Assembly: GCA_041488275.1 (NCBI GenBank)
Contig: JBGPOY010000005.1
Location: 20,386-84,385 of the forward strand
DNA: 64,000 nt
Source: Candidatus Nanoarchaeia archaeon
GTDB lineage: Archaea > Nanobdellota > Nanobdellia > Woesearchaeales > ARS49
Reading direction: 5' to 3'
Positions 56,773 through 64,000 of this stretch are shown one piece after another. Every line of letters starts with the position of its first letter. Within the stretch, counting starts at the first letter, position 1. The translations under genes and the position numbers were made by a program. A model generated the notes under the pieces. That model had not been told where the DNA came from, did not search any database, and saw nothing but the letters and a program-made list of their open reading frames with translations.

Positions 56773-57204
56773 TCAGCTGGGGTTCTTTGCAGTGCATTGG
56801 AAATACGGAGCGGCGCTGACGAGCTGGGGGCAGACTTTCTTGAGATCCGCGTCCTTGACGTCGCCGCCGCAGCACGCTATCAACGGAGTCGTTGCCTTTT
56901 GCTTGTCGCGCACGCAGTCGTCGGAGAGTTTGGACGCGGTGGTGACTTTGTAGTCGTTGCCGCCGATGCACGTGGTGCAGTAGAGCGCGAGCCCTTCGAC
57001 GTCTTTAGGCACGGTGCTTGAGGTGTCAATCTTGCACTTCTGGATTTGGACGTCGAGCTGGTTGGGAAGCAGTTGGTTGATGGTTCCTATCGTCGACGTG
57101 CTCGACCTGCCGAGGATGACCAGAACAATTGCCGCTGCGGCGAGAATCACGATGAGGAAGACCATCATCATCGTCAACCCTTCCGCACCTCTTTTTCCGT
57201 GCAT
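56773..57204 (-). CDS. Cys-rich pilin-like protein
   Basis: MHGKRG(A)|EGL + hydrophobic helix; 8 Cys. Confidence 0.8.
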   Translation of the reverse strand: MHGKRGAEGLTMMMVFLIVILAAAAIVLVILGRSSTSTIGTINQLLPNQLDVQIQKCKIDTSSTVPKDVEGLALYCTTCIGGNDYKVTTASKLSDDCVRDKQKATTPLIACCGGDVKDADLKKVCPQLVSAAPYFQCTAKNPS

Positions 57205-57480
57205 TTAGCCACCCGGTTGGATGCAACACTTTGCCGGAACGACTTCGTTTGAGCCCGGCGTGTTGGCCTGCTTGCAGTCGCTCGTGGAGATGGCTGCGGG
57301 TTTGTCCGCAGGGCACGGCGCCGATGTCGGCTGGCATTTGCCGTTCTGCCCGAGACAGGAGTTGAATTTGGTGACTGAACTGAAATTGTTGGTGAATGCG
57401 TAAATCAGCAGGACAGCAACGACCAGCCCGATGACGAGCCAGACGACAATCATGATGGTATCGTTGCCGCGCCTGTTCAT
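57205..57480 (-). CDS. Small pilin with six-Cys head
   Basis: MNRRG|NDT; C-x6-C-x6-C-x12-C-x15-CC. Confidence 0.82.
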   Translation of the reverse strand: MNRRGNDTIMIVVWLVIGLVVAVLLIYAFTNNFSSVTKFNSCLGQNGKCQPTSAPCPADKPAAISTSDCKQANTPGSNEVVPAKCCIQPGG

Positions 57481-57818
57481 GCGCACACCTTCTTCGTATC
57501 GTCCCATTTTCCGCAGCCCAGACCGCACGCGTCCTGCGTGCACTCGTCCTTGGAAACGTAATCACCGCACTTCTTCAAGTTCCCGTCGGCGCAGCACGGG
57601 ATTTGCGACGGTCCGGACTCGCAGCAGTATCCCGAATTGATGGTTTGTCCATTGCACGGGCACGGAGTCGTGACCTGCTTTCCGGTCGCGCAGCCGAAAC
57701 TTGTGATAGGGCTCGCGATGTTCTTGAGATTGCCGAGCGTGATGAAGATGAACAATCCTGCGGCAACAAGCACGACAATCCAGAACACAATCATGCCCAT
57801 CAGGTCTCCTCGTTTCAC
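57477..57818 (-). CDS. Small pilin with 12-Cys head
   Basis: MKRG|DLMG; GTG start. Confidence 0.8.
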   Translation of the reverse strand: MKRGDLMGMIVFWIVVLVAAGLFIFITLGNLKNIASPITSFGCATGKQVTTPCPCNGQTINSGYCCESGPSQIPCCADGNLKKCGDYVSKDECTQDACGLGCGKWDDTKKVCA

Positions 57819-57949
57819 GGGAGTACGCCTCCGGTCAGGCCGGGAAATTTTCCTTGGAAGATGAGAATCAGCCCGATAAGCACGGCTGCGGTGATTGCCA
57901 TGATGACGAGCGCTATCACCACTTCTTGGCTGACGTCACCTCGTTTCAT
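57815..57949 (-). CDS. Headless micro-pilin (44 aa)
   Basis: MKRG|DVSQEVVIALVIMAITAAVLIGLILIFQGKFPGLTGGVLP; TTTATAAA 22 nt upstream. Confidence 0.75.
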   Translation of the reverse strand: MKRGDVSQEVVIALVIMAITAAVLIGLILIFQGKFPGLTGGVLP

Positions 57950-57980
57950 AGTAGGATTTGCTCGTTTGTTATTTATAAAC

Positions 57981-58724
57981 CTATGCGGGGTTGACCGGAT
58001 ACACCGTACACCCCAGGACGTCCTTGAGCCAGAACTGCGTGTCCGGCACGAATAGCACCTGCGCAGTCCAGTCCGCGGGCGTGTTCGAGCCGAGCTGGTA
58101 GCCCGCATACCCGCCGATGACGCCGAACAGCGCGCTTCCGATAAGGGCGCCCTGCAGCTGCGTGACTTTCGTCGTTTTCGCGTACCGGAACACGGCAGCG
58201 TACGGCTGCGACGTATCAATGATGTCGGGCTTGACGCTCGTGACTTGCTGCGTCGTGCCTTCCGTCGTTTGCGAGCCTTGCAGGAACGCGAGATACGTCT
58301 GCCCGTTGGGCGCTTGCAATTGTTTCAGTGTCGCAATCAGTCCAGAAACTTGCCGCGGCGAACTCGTTGCTTGGAACACGGTGCACGGATGGCAGAAGAC
58401 TTCATCTTGGAGCGGGAACAGTTCTTTCTTGCCTTGCTTCCACGTGGACCAGCAGTTGTACAGCGCGCTCGCGACCGACGCCTTGATGTCGGCGTCAGAG
58501 CCGCTGAACTGCTTGTATTCTGTCGGGCACTTAATGGCGCCGCCGAAGTCCTGCCCGAGCAGGTGCAGCGTGATGGAGCTGTCGATGCTTTGCTGGCACG
58601 AGGCGCGGTTCGCGTACACGTCGCCGCGCTTGAAGATGTCCGTGCCGAACGCGAGGAAGACGAGAATGATGACGACCATCAGGATGAGCGACAGCGTCGT
58701 CCGCGTGAACATCTGCCCTCTCAC
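57981..58724 (-). CDS. Pilin-like protein (paralog of 58721-59455)
   Basis: MRG|QMFT; A..LYNCW, CHPC, GQTYL. Confidence 0.82.
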   Translation of the reverse strand: MRGQMFTRTTLSLILMVVIILVFLAFGTDIFKRGDVYANRASCQQSIDSSITLHLLGQDFGGAIKCPTEYKQFSGSDADIKASVASALYNCWSTWKQGKKELFPLQDEVFCHPCTVFQATSSPRQVSGLIATLKQLQAPNGQTYLAFLQGSQTTEGTTQQVTSVKPDIIDTSQPYAAVFRYAKTTKVTQLQGALIGSALFGVIGGYAGYQLGSNTPADWTAQVLFVPDTQFWLKDVLGCTVYPVNPA

Positions 58725-59455
58725 GGATACCTCGTAAAGGTGATGTCACACGCCTTGTTGAGGTGTGCGAGCGTCGTGGCAAAGACCCAGTTGGTTTCCT
58801 GCGTCTTGTCGACAGAAACGTCTGAAACGGTGAACTGCTTTCCTGCAAACTGCGTGAGCCTGCGCCCGGGAAGGCTGTAGTCAATAATGGCGTAGTCCGT
58901 GCCCGCGTCGAACTCGTTTCCGATCTCTGCCGTGTTGGTGCTTTGGTCGTACACGTCCATCAGGAGATAGTCTGCGTCATTTCCGGCAGCGCTGAGCTTC
59001 ACATAGTCGAGATAGGTTCCGCCTTGCACGAGCGAATGTTTGGTCATCCAATCCGTCAAACTCGAAGTCGTGACGGTCGTGGGCGTTTTGAACGTGGAGC
59101 AGACAAAGCAGACCGAGTCTTTGATAAAGAAATTACCCTGCCACGGAGAGTGGGCAGCTTCGCCGAATTGGTATCGGCACTCGTAGAGCGCTTGGGCGAT
59201 TTGCTGGTTCATCTCGTCAATTTTAGGCGGTGTTACCGTCGACTTCAGCGTTCCCAAGTCTTTGGTGTAGCAGTTGCTCACGCCTACGAGTTGCTTCGAA
59301 TTCGCCGCGAGATTGACGTCCGCCTTGCACGCCGTGATGTCAATCTTCGCCCGCGCCTTGAGCGCGATGCTTCCCACAACGCCAAGCAATACCAGCCCGC
59401 CCACGACTGCGATGATGATGGCGACGAGCGCGGTTTCGGCGATGGCGCGGCGCAT
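58721..59455 (-). CDS. Pilin-like protein
   Basis: MRRA|IAET; AQALYECR, CFVC, GGTYL. Confidence 0.82.
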   Translation of the reverse strand: MRRAIAETALVAIIIAVVGGLVLLGVVGSIALKARAKIDITACKADVNLAANSKQLVGVSNCYTKDLGTLKSTVTPPKIDEMNQQIAQALYECRYQFGEAAHSPWQGNFFIKDSVCFVCSTFKTPTTVTTSSLTDWMTKHSLVQGGTYLDYVKLSAAGNDADYLLMDVYDQSTNTAEIGNEFDAGTDYAIIDYSLPGRRLTQFAGKQFTVSDVSVDKTQETNWVFATTLAHLNKACDITFTRYP

Positions 59456-59560
59456 TTAGCCCCCAAAGAAGTGTTTGCCGAGGTAGTACAATAGGAAAAG
59501 AAAGAACGTGCAGGTAAGAATCAGCATTACGAGCTGATCCGTGGACAGCCCTCTTTTCAT
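59456..59560 (-). CDS. Headless micro-pilin (34 aa), absent from the ORF track
   Basis: MKRG|LSTDQLVMLILTCTFFLFLLYYLGKHFFGG; TTTATATA 22 nt upstream; stop abuts next ATG. Confidence 0.72.
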   Translation of the reverse strand: MKRGLSTDQLVMLILTCTFFLFLLYYLGKHFFGG

Positions 59561-59592
59561 ACGTGAGAAACGGTCTGGACGCTATATAAATC

Positions 59593-59859
59593 TTAAGGTT
59601 TGCAGCAGACGCCAGCGCAGTCAATCCAGCTTTGCGCGAGCGGCGGGCTTGTTTTGCCGCCGGTCACGCAGTCCGGGCCGATTTCGCAGTGCCCGCTTTG
59701 CTTGGAACACAGCCGCGCGTCCGTGCCGGTCTGAATTTGGCCCGTGCCCTTGCCGAAGATGTCGAAGCGCGTAATCAGGAGAGTCATAATCAACACGAGA
59801 ACAATCAGCGCAATTGCGAGCCCGACAACCACTCCGATGCTCATCTCGGCGCGTTTCAT
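59593..59859 (-). CDS. Small pilin with six-Cys head
   Basis: MKRA|EMSI; C-x6-C-x5-C-x16-C-x3-CC. Confidence 0.85.
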   Translation of the reverse strand: MKRAEMSIGVVVGLAIALIVLVLIMTLLITRFDIFGKGTGQIQTGTDARLCSKQSGHCEIGPDCVTGGKTSPPLAQSWIDCAGVCCKP

Positions 59860-60104
59860 GAGCCGATACAGCAGACGGCGTCGCCTTTGATGACGGGGTT
59901 GTGACCGTCATCACAGTTCGTTGTCGGGACGGCCGAAGCGGTGCATTGTGCTGCGGTTTGGACGCAGCTACCTCGACACGTGCCGAGCCCCTTGCCGAAC
60001 AATTGGACGCGTCCGGTAAACACGACAACAAGAACAATCAAGACGATGAGCGCAAGCGCAAGGATGATGATGACGTTGATGGACATCCCTTGGCCGCGGC
60101 TCAT
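59856..60104 (-). CDS. Small pilin with six-Cys head
   Basis: MSRG|QGMSINVII; C-x3-C-x6-C-x9-C-x13-CC. Confidence 0.85.
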   Translation of the reverse strand: MSRGQGMSINVIIILALALIVLIVLVVVFTGRVQLFGKGLGTCRGSCVQTAAQCTASAVPTTNCDDGHNPVIKGDAVCCIGS

Positions 60105-60105
60105 G

Positions 60106-60360
60106 TTACTTTTGGATTTGCAGACAGCACGACTGTGTCGCGCCGCTGGCGGTGTTGGGGCACGCGAACGCCGGATACTCGCTCGTGCCGCTCGGGCACG
60201 CTCCGACGGCGCATCTGCCGCCCTTGTTTTCGCAGTCAGCGGACTGCTGGCTGAAGGTTCCGAACCTGCCCAGGAAGACGACGCTGAGCACGACGAGGAC
60301 GAGCAACGCGATAGCTGCGACAACGATGACGTTGATGGAAATTCCCTGTGCCTTCTTCAT
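60106..60360 (-). CDS. Probable major pilin with six-Cys head
   Basis: MKKA|QGISINVIV; own TATA (60403-60410) and GAGGTG RBS; C-x6-C-x4-C-x11-C-x10-CC. Confidence 0.87.
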   Translation of the reverse strand: MKKAQGISINVIVVAAIALLVLVVLSVVFLGRFGTFSQQSADCENKGGRCAVGACPSGTSEYPAFACPNTASGATQSCCLQIQK

Positions 60361-60422
60361 ATGACACCTCTCTTACGTTTTGTTGGTTTTGTGGTGCTGA
60401 TGTATATAAAGTTAATCCTCTG

Positions 60423-60554
60423 AGGACATCACCGCTCGCTCGGCCCGTCGCCCCGAAACGTGACCTGCCCAAGCCGTCTGGTTCGTCGTAGCGACGGAGA
60501 AGCGCTGAGTTCTCGACCGTCACTGCTGCCTTGCTCGCATCTTGGTGATGTCCT
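60423..60554 (-). ncRNA. Candidate structured element, copy B, closed by an 11-bp inverted repeat
   Basis: AGGACATCACC/GGTGATGTCCT; inner helices with G-U pairs on the minus strand. Confidence 0.5.
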
Positions 60555-62694
60555 AGCTCGTGGCCAACGTCGCCGACATAATCCTGACCGCGATGAAGTT
60601 GAAGATGACCATCACGATGAGGGCGATGACGCAGTACAGGAGCGTGCTGCGGAGGACGTTCTGCCCCACGGCGTAGCGTTCGCCGAGCTTGTCTGCGCCG
60701 TTCTCGATGCTGTTGGCGATGATGGTGAGGATGTAGATGATTTGCACGACGTAAATACCGACCACCATTTGGAAGAAATAGGTCGGAATCGAGTCGCCGA
60801 ACAGGGACGCAATCGTGCCGATGCTGCTCGTGCCTGCGCCTTGCGTGCTGAGCTTGCTGACCTGGCTTCCCAACGCGCCAAGGATGGTGGTAATCATGCT
60901 GGTAATGCCGATGACGATGCCCGAAATCGCGGGCGTGAGGAAAGAAATCTGCGACTTCATGTCCGAAATAATCTCGGCCATCAGGTCGCGGAGGCGTTCG
61001 TTGACGGCGTGGATTTCCTTGATGTAGCGGGCGACGTTCTGCAGCGCTTGTGCCGCAATCACGGGACCTTTGCGGATGCTTTCGAGCAGGACTTTCATCG
61101 AGCTCTCGATGATGGTGCTGGGGAAGTACGCGAGCGCTCCCGATCGCGGGTTGTACAACGCCTCACGAAGACCCATGCCGAGCTTGCGGATGTTCGTGCT
61201 CACCAGATTGAAGAACTGCCCCGAGACGGTGTCGGGAAGCATCTCCGCGACACGCCCGAAAGCAGCTTCGGCGGGAATGCCGTCGGCAAGCCGGTTGCCG
61301 AGCTGGAACAGCGCGCTGGCAAATTCGTCCTCGAGTTTTTTAGAATTCTCGCGGATTTTGATGACGTTCTGGCTGCGGAACTTGGCGTACAGCCCGATGA
61401 CCAACGCCAGCCCGACCGGAACGGCGAGCGAGAGCACGCTGGCAAGCAATCCGTACGGTCCGATGACGAGTCCGGGCGTGTCGGGGTTGTTGCTCGTTCG
61501 GTAATCCTGCAGTTTGATGCCCGCGATTTCGAACTCGAAGTTCGGCGCGACCGCGTGCAGAATCAGGGGCAGGAATCCGACCAGTAAGAAAACAACGCCA
61601 ACGATGATGCTAATCACGAGAGGATTGACCGCGACTTCCGTGCCGCCGATTTTGAAGAGGACGTTGCGGTATTTTTTGAGCGCGGGATTCAGTTCGGAAA
61701 CGTCCGTGTCGCCATAGCCCGTCGGGCGGGTCGACAGAATGTTGCGCCCGAGATAATACACGATGATGGGCAGGAAGACGTTGTACAGCACCGCGATGTG
61801 GTACCATTTTGCCGTTCCGATGAAGCTCACGACGAGCGGGAGAATGACCAGCCCGAGCACGGGAAGAATGATGCCGAGCATGTGCAGCGTCGTGATGGGG
61901 CTCTTGAGGTTGTGCGCGTAGTGCAGCATCTTTTCGTACGTTTCCTGCAGAATGACGTCCAGTCCTTTGTCGAGCAATTCCAGTCGGCGCGGCTCGGACG
62001 TTTCGTACAGCGAGCCCTCGATGAGGTGGAACGCTTCGACAAATTCTCCGTTCCACTTGCGCCACGTCTCAAGATACATGGCGAGGCTTTCCTTGACGCT
62101 CTCGAACTTTTCGGTCTCGACGTCCCACAATACTTTGCGCAGGTCGAGCGACAGCGGCGGCGCGAGGTGTTCTGCCGCGAATCCGACGGCGTTCTCGAGG
62201 TTGCTGGTGTGGCGCATGTACGTGACGACGTAGAACACGCACAGCACCATCTGGTTGCTCGCTTTCAGTCGCCAGTTGTTGGCGATGTATTGCGGCGCGC
62301 GCTGGAGTCCGATGATGAGGATGATGCCCATCAGGAGCGACATCAGCGTGAAGAAAATCGAGCTGAACAAAACGATGCTGATGAGCGTGCCGAACACCAT
62401 CACGAGCATCGGAAGAATGTAGGAAAAGGACAGCACTCCCGACGGCGTGACGCGCAGGTGGCAGATGTCGAGGTTTTCCTGAATCGCGACCGCCTTTGCG
62501 GGCGGAACTTTGAGCTTGAGGATTTTTTCACAGGCGTTGCACAGCTGTTCGTAGAGCGTAATCTGGAGCGGCATCGACTCGGTGCGGAACTGCTGGTATT
62601 CGCGAGACTGGAGCGGTGACTGCCGCACCGGAGCGGCGCCGAGCTCTTGCTCAAGCCGTTGTCGGTATTTTGCGAGGAGGTCGGTCTCGTTCAT
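60553..62694 (-). CDS. Type IV pilus platform protein (TadC/ArlJ/PilC-like, duplicated T2SSF domains)
   Basis: polytopic, two cytoplasmic helical domains (SNLENA; GIPAEAA); coupled to ATPase. Confidence 0.88.
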   Translation of the reverse strand: MNETDLLAKYRQRLEQELGAAPVRQSPLQSREYQQFRTESMPLQITLYEQLCNACEKILKLKVPPAKAVAIQENLDICHLRVTPSGVLSFSYILPMLVMVFGTLISIVLFSSIFFTLMSLLMGIILIIGLQRAPQYIANNWRLKASNQMVLCVFYVVTYMRHTSNLENAVGFAAEHLAPPLSLDLRKVLWDVETEKFESVKESLAMYLETWRKWNGEFVEAFHLIEGSLYETSEPRRLELLDKGLDVILQETYEKMLHYAHNLKSPITTLHMLGIILPVLGLVILPLVVSFIGTAKWYHIAVLYNVFLPIIVYYLGRNILSTRPTGYGDTDVSELNPALKKYRNVLFKIGGTEVAVNPLVISIIVGVVFLLVGFLPLILHAVAPNFEFEIAGIKLQDYRTSNNPDTPGLVIGPYGLLASVLSLAVPVGLALVIGLYAKFRSQNVIKIRENSKKLEDEFASALFQLGNRLADGIPAEAAFGRVAEMLPDTVSGQFFNLVSTNIRKLGMGLREALYNPRSGALAYFPSTIIESSMKVLLESIRKGPVIAAQALQNVARYIKEIHAVNERLRDLMAEIISDMKSQISFLTPAISGIVIGITSMITTILGALGSQVSKLSTQGAGTSSIGTIASLFGDSIPTYFFQMVVGIYVVQIIYILTIIANSIENGADKLGERYAVGQNVLRSTLLYCVIALIVMVIFNFIAVRIMSATLATS

Positions 62695-64000
62695 ACCTGC
62701 TGCTCCTCGAGGGGTTTCTTCAGTTCGCGCTGGAACCATTCGTTCCACACAAAGAAAATCTGTTCGCTGTCGAGCTTTCCGGTGTCTTCGCGCACCTGTT
62801 CCGAAACGCGGTGGAATTCGTCGTTGCTGACAATCGTGAACGGCGCTTCAAGAATGTCGGGGCGGCTGGATTTCTTGGCGGTCTCGACAATCTTTTGCTT
62901 GATGCGCGCGCGGAGGTTGATGTTGTCCCACACCGCATCCCAGTTGCCCGCCCATTCGCGCACGTTGCCGGCGATGCTCTTGAGGATTTCGCTGTCGCCG
63001 TTGAGCAGATCATTGGTGGGCTGGAGCGTGTCGGTAATCGCGTCGTACTTGAACAGGTCGACAAATCCGCCCTCGCGCAGCGGGTCGTCTTCCCAGACTT
63101 TGCGGACTTCGGTGATTTGCGTGACGCGTCTGAATCGGTGCAAGCCGTCCGGACTGCGCACGGGGTTCGCGACGATAATGATGTCCGTGGCTTTGAAGCT
63201 GGTGCGGGGAACGCCGAGGTCGTTGACGACGCGGTCGAACACGCCGTACGGGCTGTCGCCGTGAATCGTTCCGGCGACCGTGTTTGCGAGAGCTCCGACG
63301 CGCATGGCTTCATACAATGCCTTTGCTTCCGTGCTTCGCACTTCTCCGACGATAAGACTGGAGTCGCCCAATCGCAGCGTGGTTCGGATGCCTTCGTCCG
63401 CGGACACTTCGGTCGTGCCGCGCGTGAGCGCCGACGCGACTTTCATGCTTTGGATGTTGTAATTCATATCCTTCAAAGCCCCGACCGGAAGTTCCAGCGT
63501 GTCCTCAATCGTGATGATTCTGATGCGCCGCATGATTTCGACCATCAGCGCTCCGAGCAGGGAGGTTTTTCCCGAGCTGCGCGTTCCCGCGACGAGCATG
63601 GTGCGCGCACCGTCGATAAGAAAGCTCAATACTCCTGCGGCGAGCGACGAAATCATGCCGTTGTTGACGAACAGGGTGAGCGTCCAGGGCTTGTCGCGGT
63701 GGCGTCGGAAGCTGTACGCCAGACCTGTCGGGTTCAAGGGCGCGGTAATGGCCGCGACTCGCGCGCGGCTGGTAGGAAGCACGAGTTCGGTGTCGAGAAT
63801 CGGGTTTGCCTCGTCCAACGGGCGTCCGGAAATGAGTCTGAGTTTGGACGCCCAGCTTTCGGCTTCCGTGATGGTGGGAACGATGTTGGTGACGCAGTCT
63901 CCGAAGTCCTGATGGACGATGAACATCGGGATGCGTCCCATCGGCGAGTTGATGCTGATGTCCTGCACGCGTTCGTCCTCAAGCAAAACTTCAATGAGTC
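62691..64000 (-). CDS. Type IV pilus assembly ATPase (CpaF/ArlI/VirB11 family), 5'-partial
   Basis: AGTRSSGKT, TIEDTLEL, IVGEVRSTEA, GTIHG. Confidence 0.93.
   Translation of the reverse strand, partial: LIEVLLEDERVQDISINSPMGRIPMFIVHQDFGDCVTNIVPTITEAESWASKLRLISGRPLDEANPILDTELVLPTSRARVAAITAPLNPTGLAYSFRRHRDKPWTLTLFVNNGMISSLAAGVLSFLIDGARTMLVAGTRSSGKTSLLGALMVEIMRRIRIITIEDTLELPVGALKDMNYNIQSMKVASALTRGTTEVSADEGIRTTLRLGDSSLIVGEVRSTEAKALYEAMRVGALANTVAGTIHGDSPYGVFDRVVNDLGVPRTSFKATDIIIVANPVRSPDGLHRFRRVTQITEVRKVWEDDPLREGGFVDLFKYDAITDTLQPTNDLLNGDSEILKSIAGNVREWAGNWDAVWDNINLRARIKQKIVETAKKSSRPDILEAPFTIVSNDEFHRVSEQVREDTGKLDSEQIFFVWNEWFQRELKKPLEEQQV

Noticed and set aside
60420-60460. Hammerhead ribozyme (CTGAGGA...CGAAAC on plus strand)
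   Set aside because: Stem II cannot close (C opposite C) and no stems I/III were found
60412-60540. Selenocysteine or readthrough peptide (ATG...TGA...TTNQTAWA)
   Set aside because: No RBS, no recognisable SECIS, and TGA is a normal stop elsewhere in the window
60423-60554. 5S rRNA, SRP RNA, RNase P RNA, or an invertible promoter switch
   Set aside because: Signature motifs of those RNAs are missing, and the pilin TATA lies outside the inverted repeats

Overview
GC-rich archaeal chromosome segment, most consistent with a DPANN lineage such as Woesearchaeota (fused PriS-PriL primase, many lineage-type hypotheticals, standard genetic code). It holds the L3-to-S14 ribosomal protein operon, replication/repair genes (primase, Hef, PCNA, RFC-L, RPA, SSB, RadA, RadB), three aminoacyl-tRNA synthetases, three tRNAs, a free-standing LAGLIDADG gene running into tRNA-Gly, a five-gene membrane glycosylation operon, and a large type IV pilus locus (ATPase, platform protein and 15 class III signal peptide genes). 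Most notable: (1) four small pilins with beta-defensin-like six-cysteine heads plus two headless micro-pilins that the ORF track misses or mis-calls; (2) a candidate replication origin at about 7.87-8.01 kb (one ORB-like box and four phased TGTTA-N7-TAACA palindromes) abutting the r-protein promoter; (3) a shared structured non-coding motif found twice, bracketing RPA plus the pilin array; (4) a coatomer-like 29-aa solenoid/B-box/coiled-coil operon and a paralogous coiled-coil trio upstream of PCNA. All family calls come from motif recognition by eye; no searches were run.
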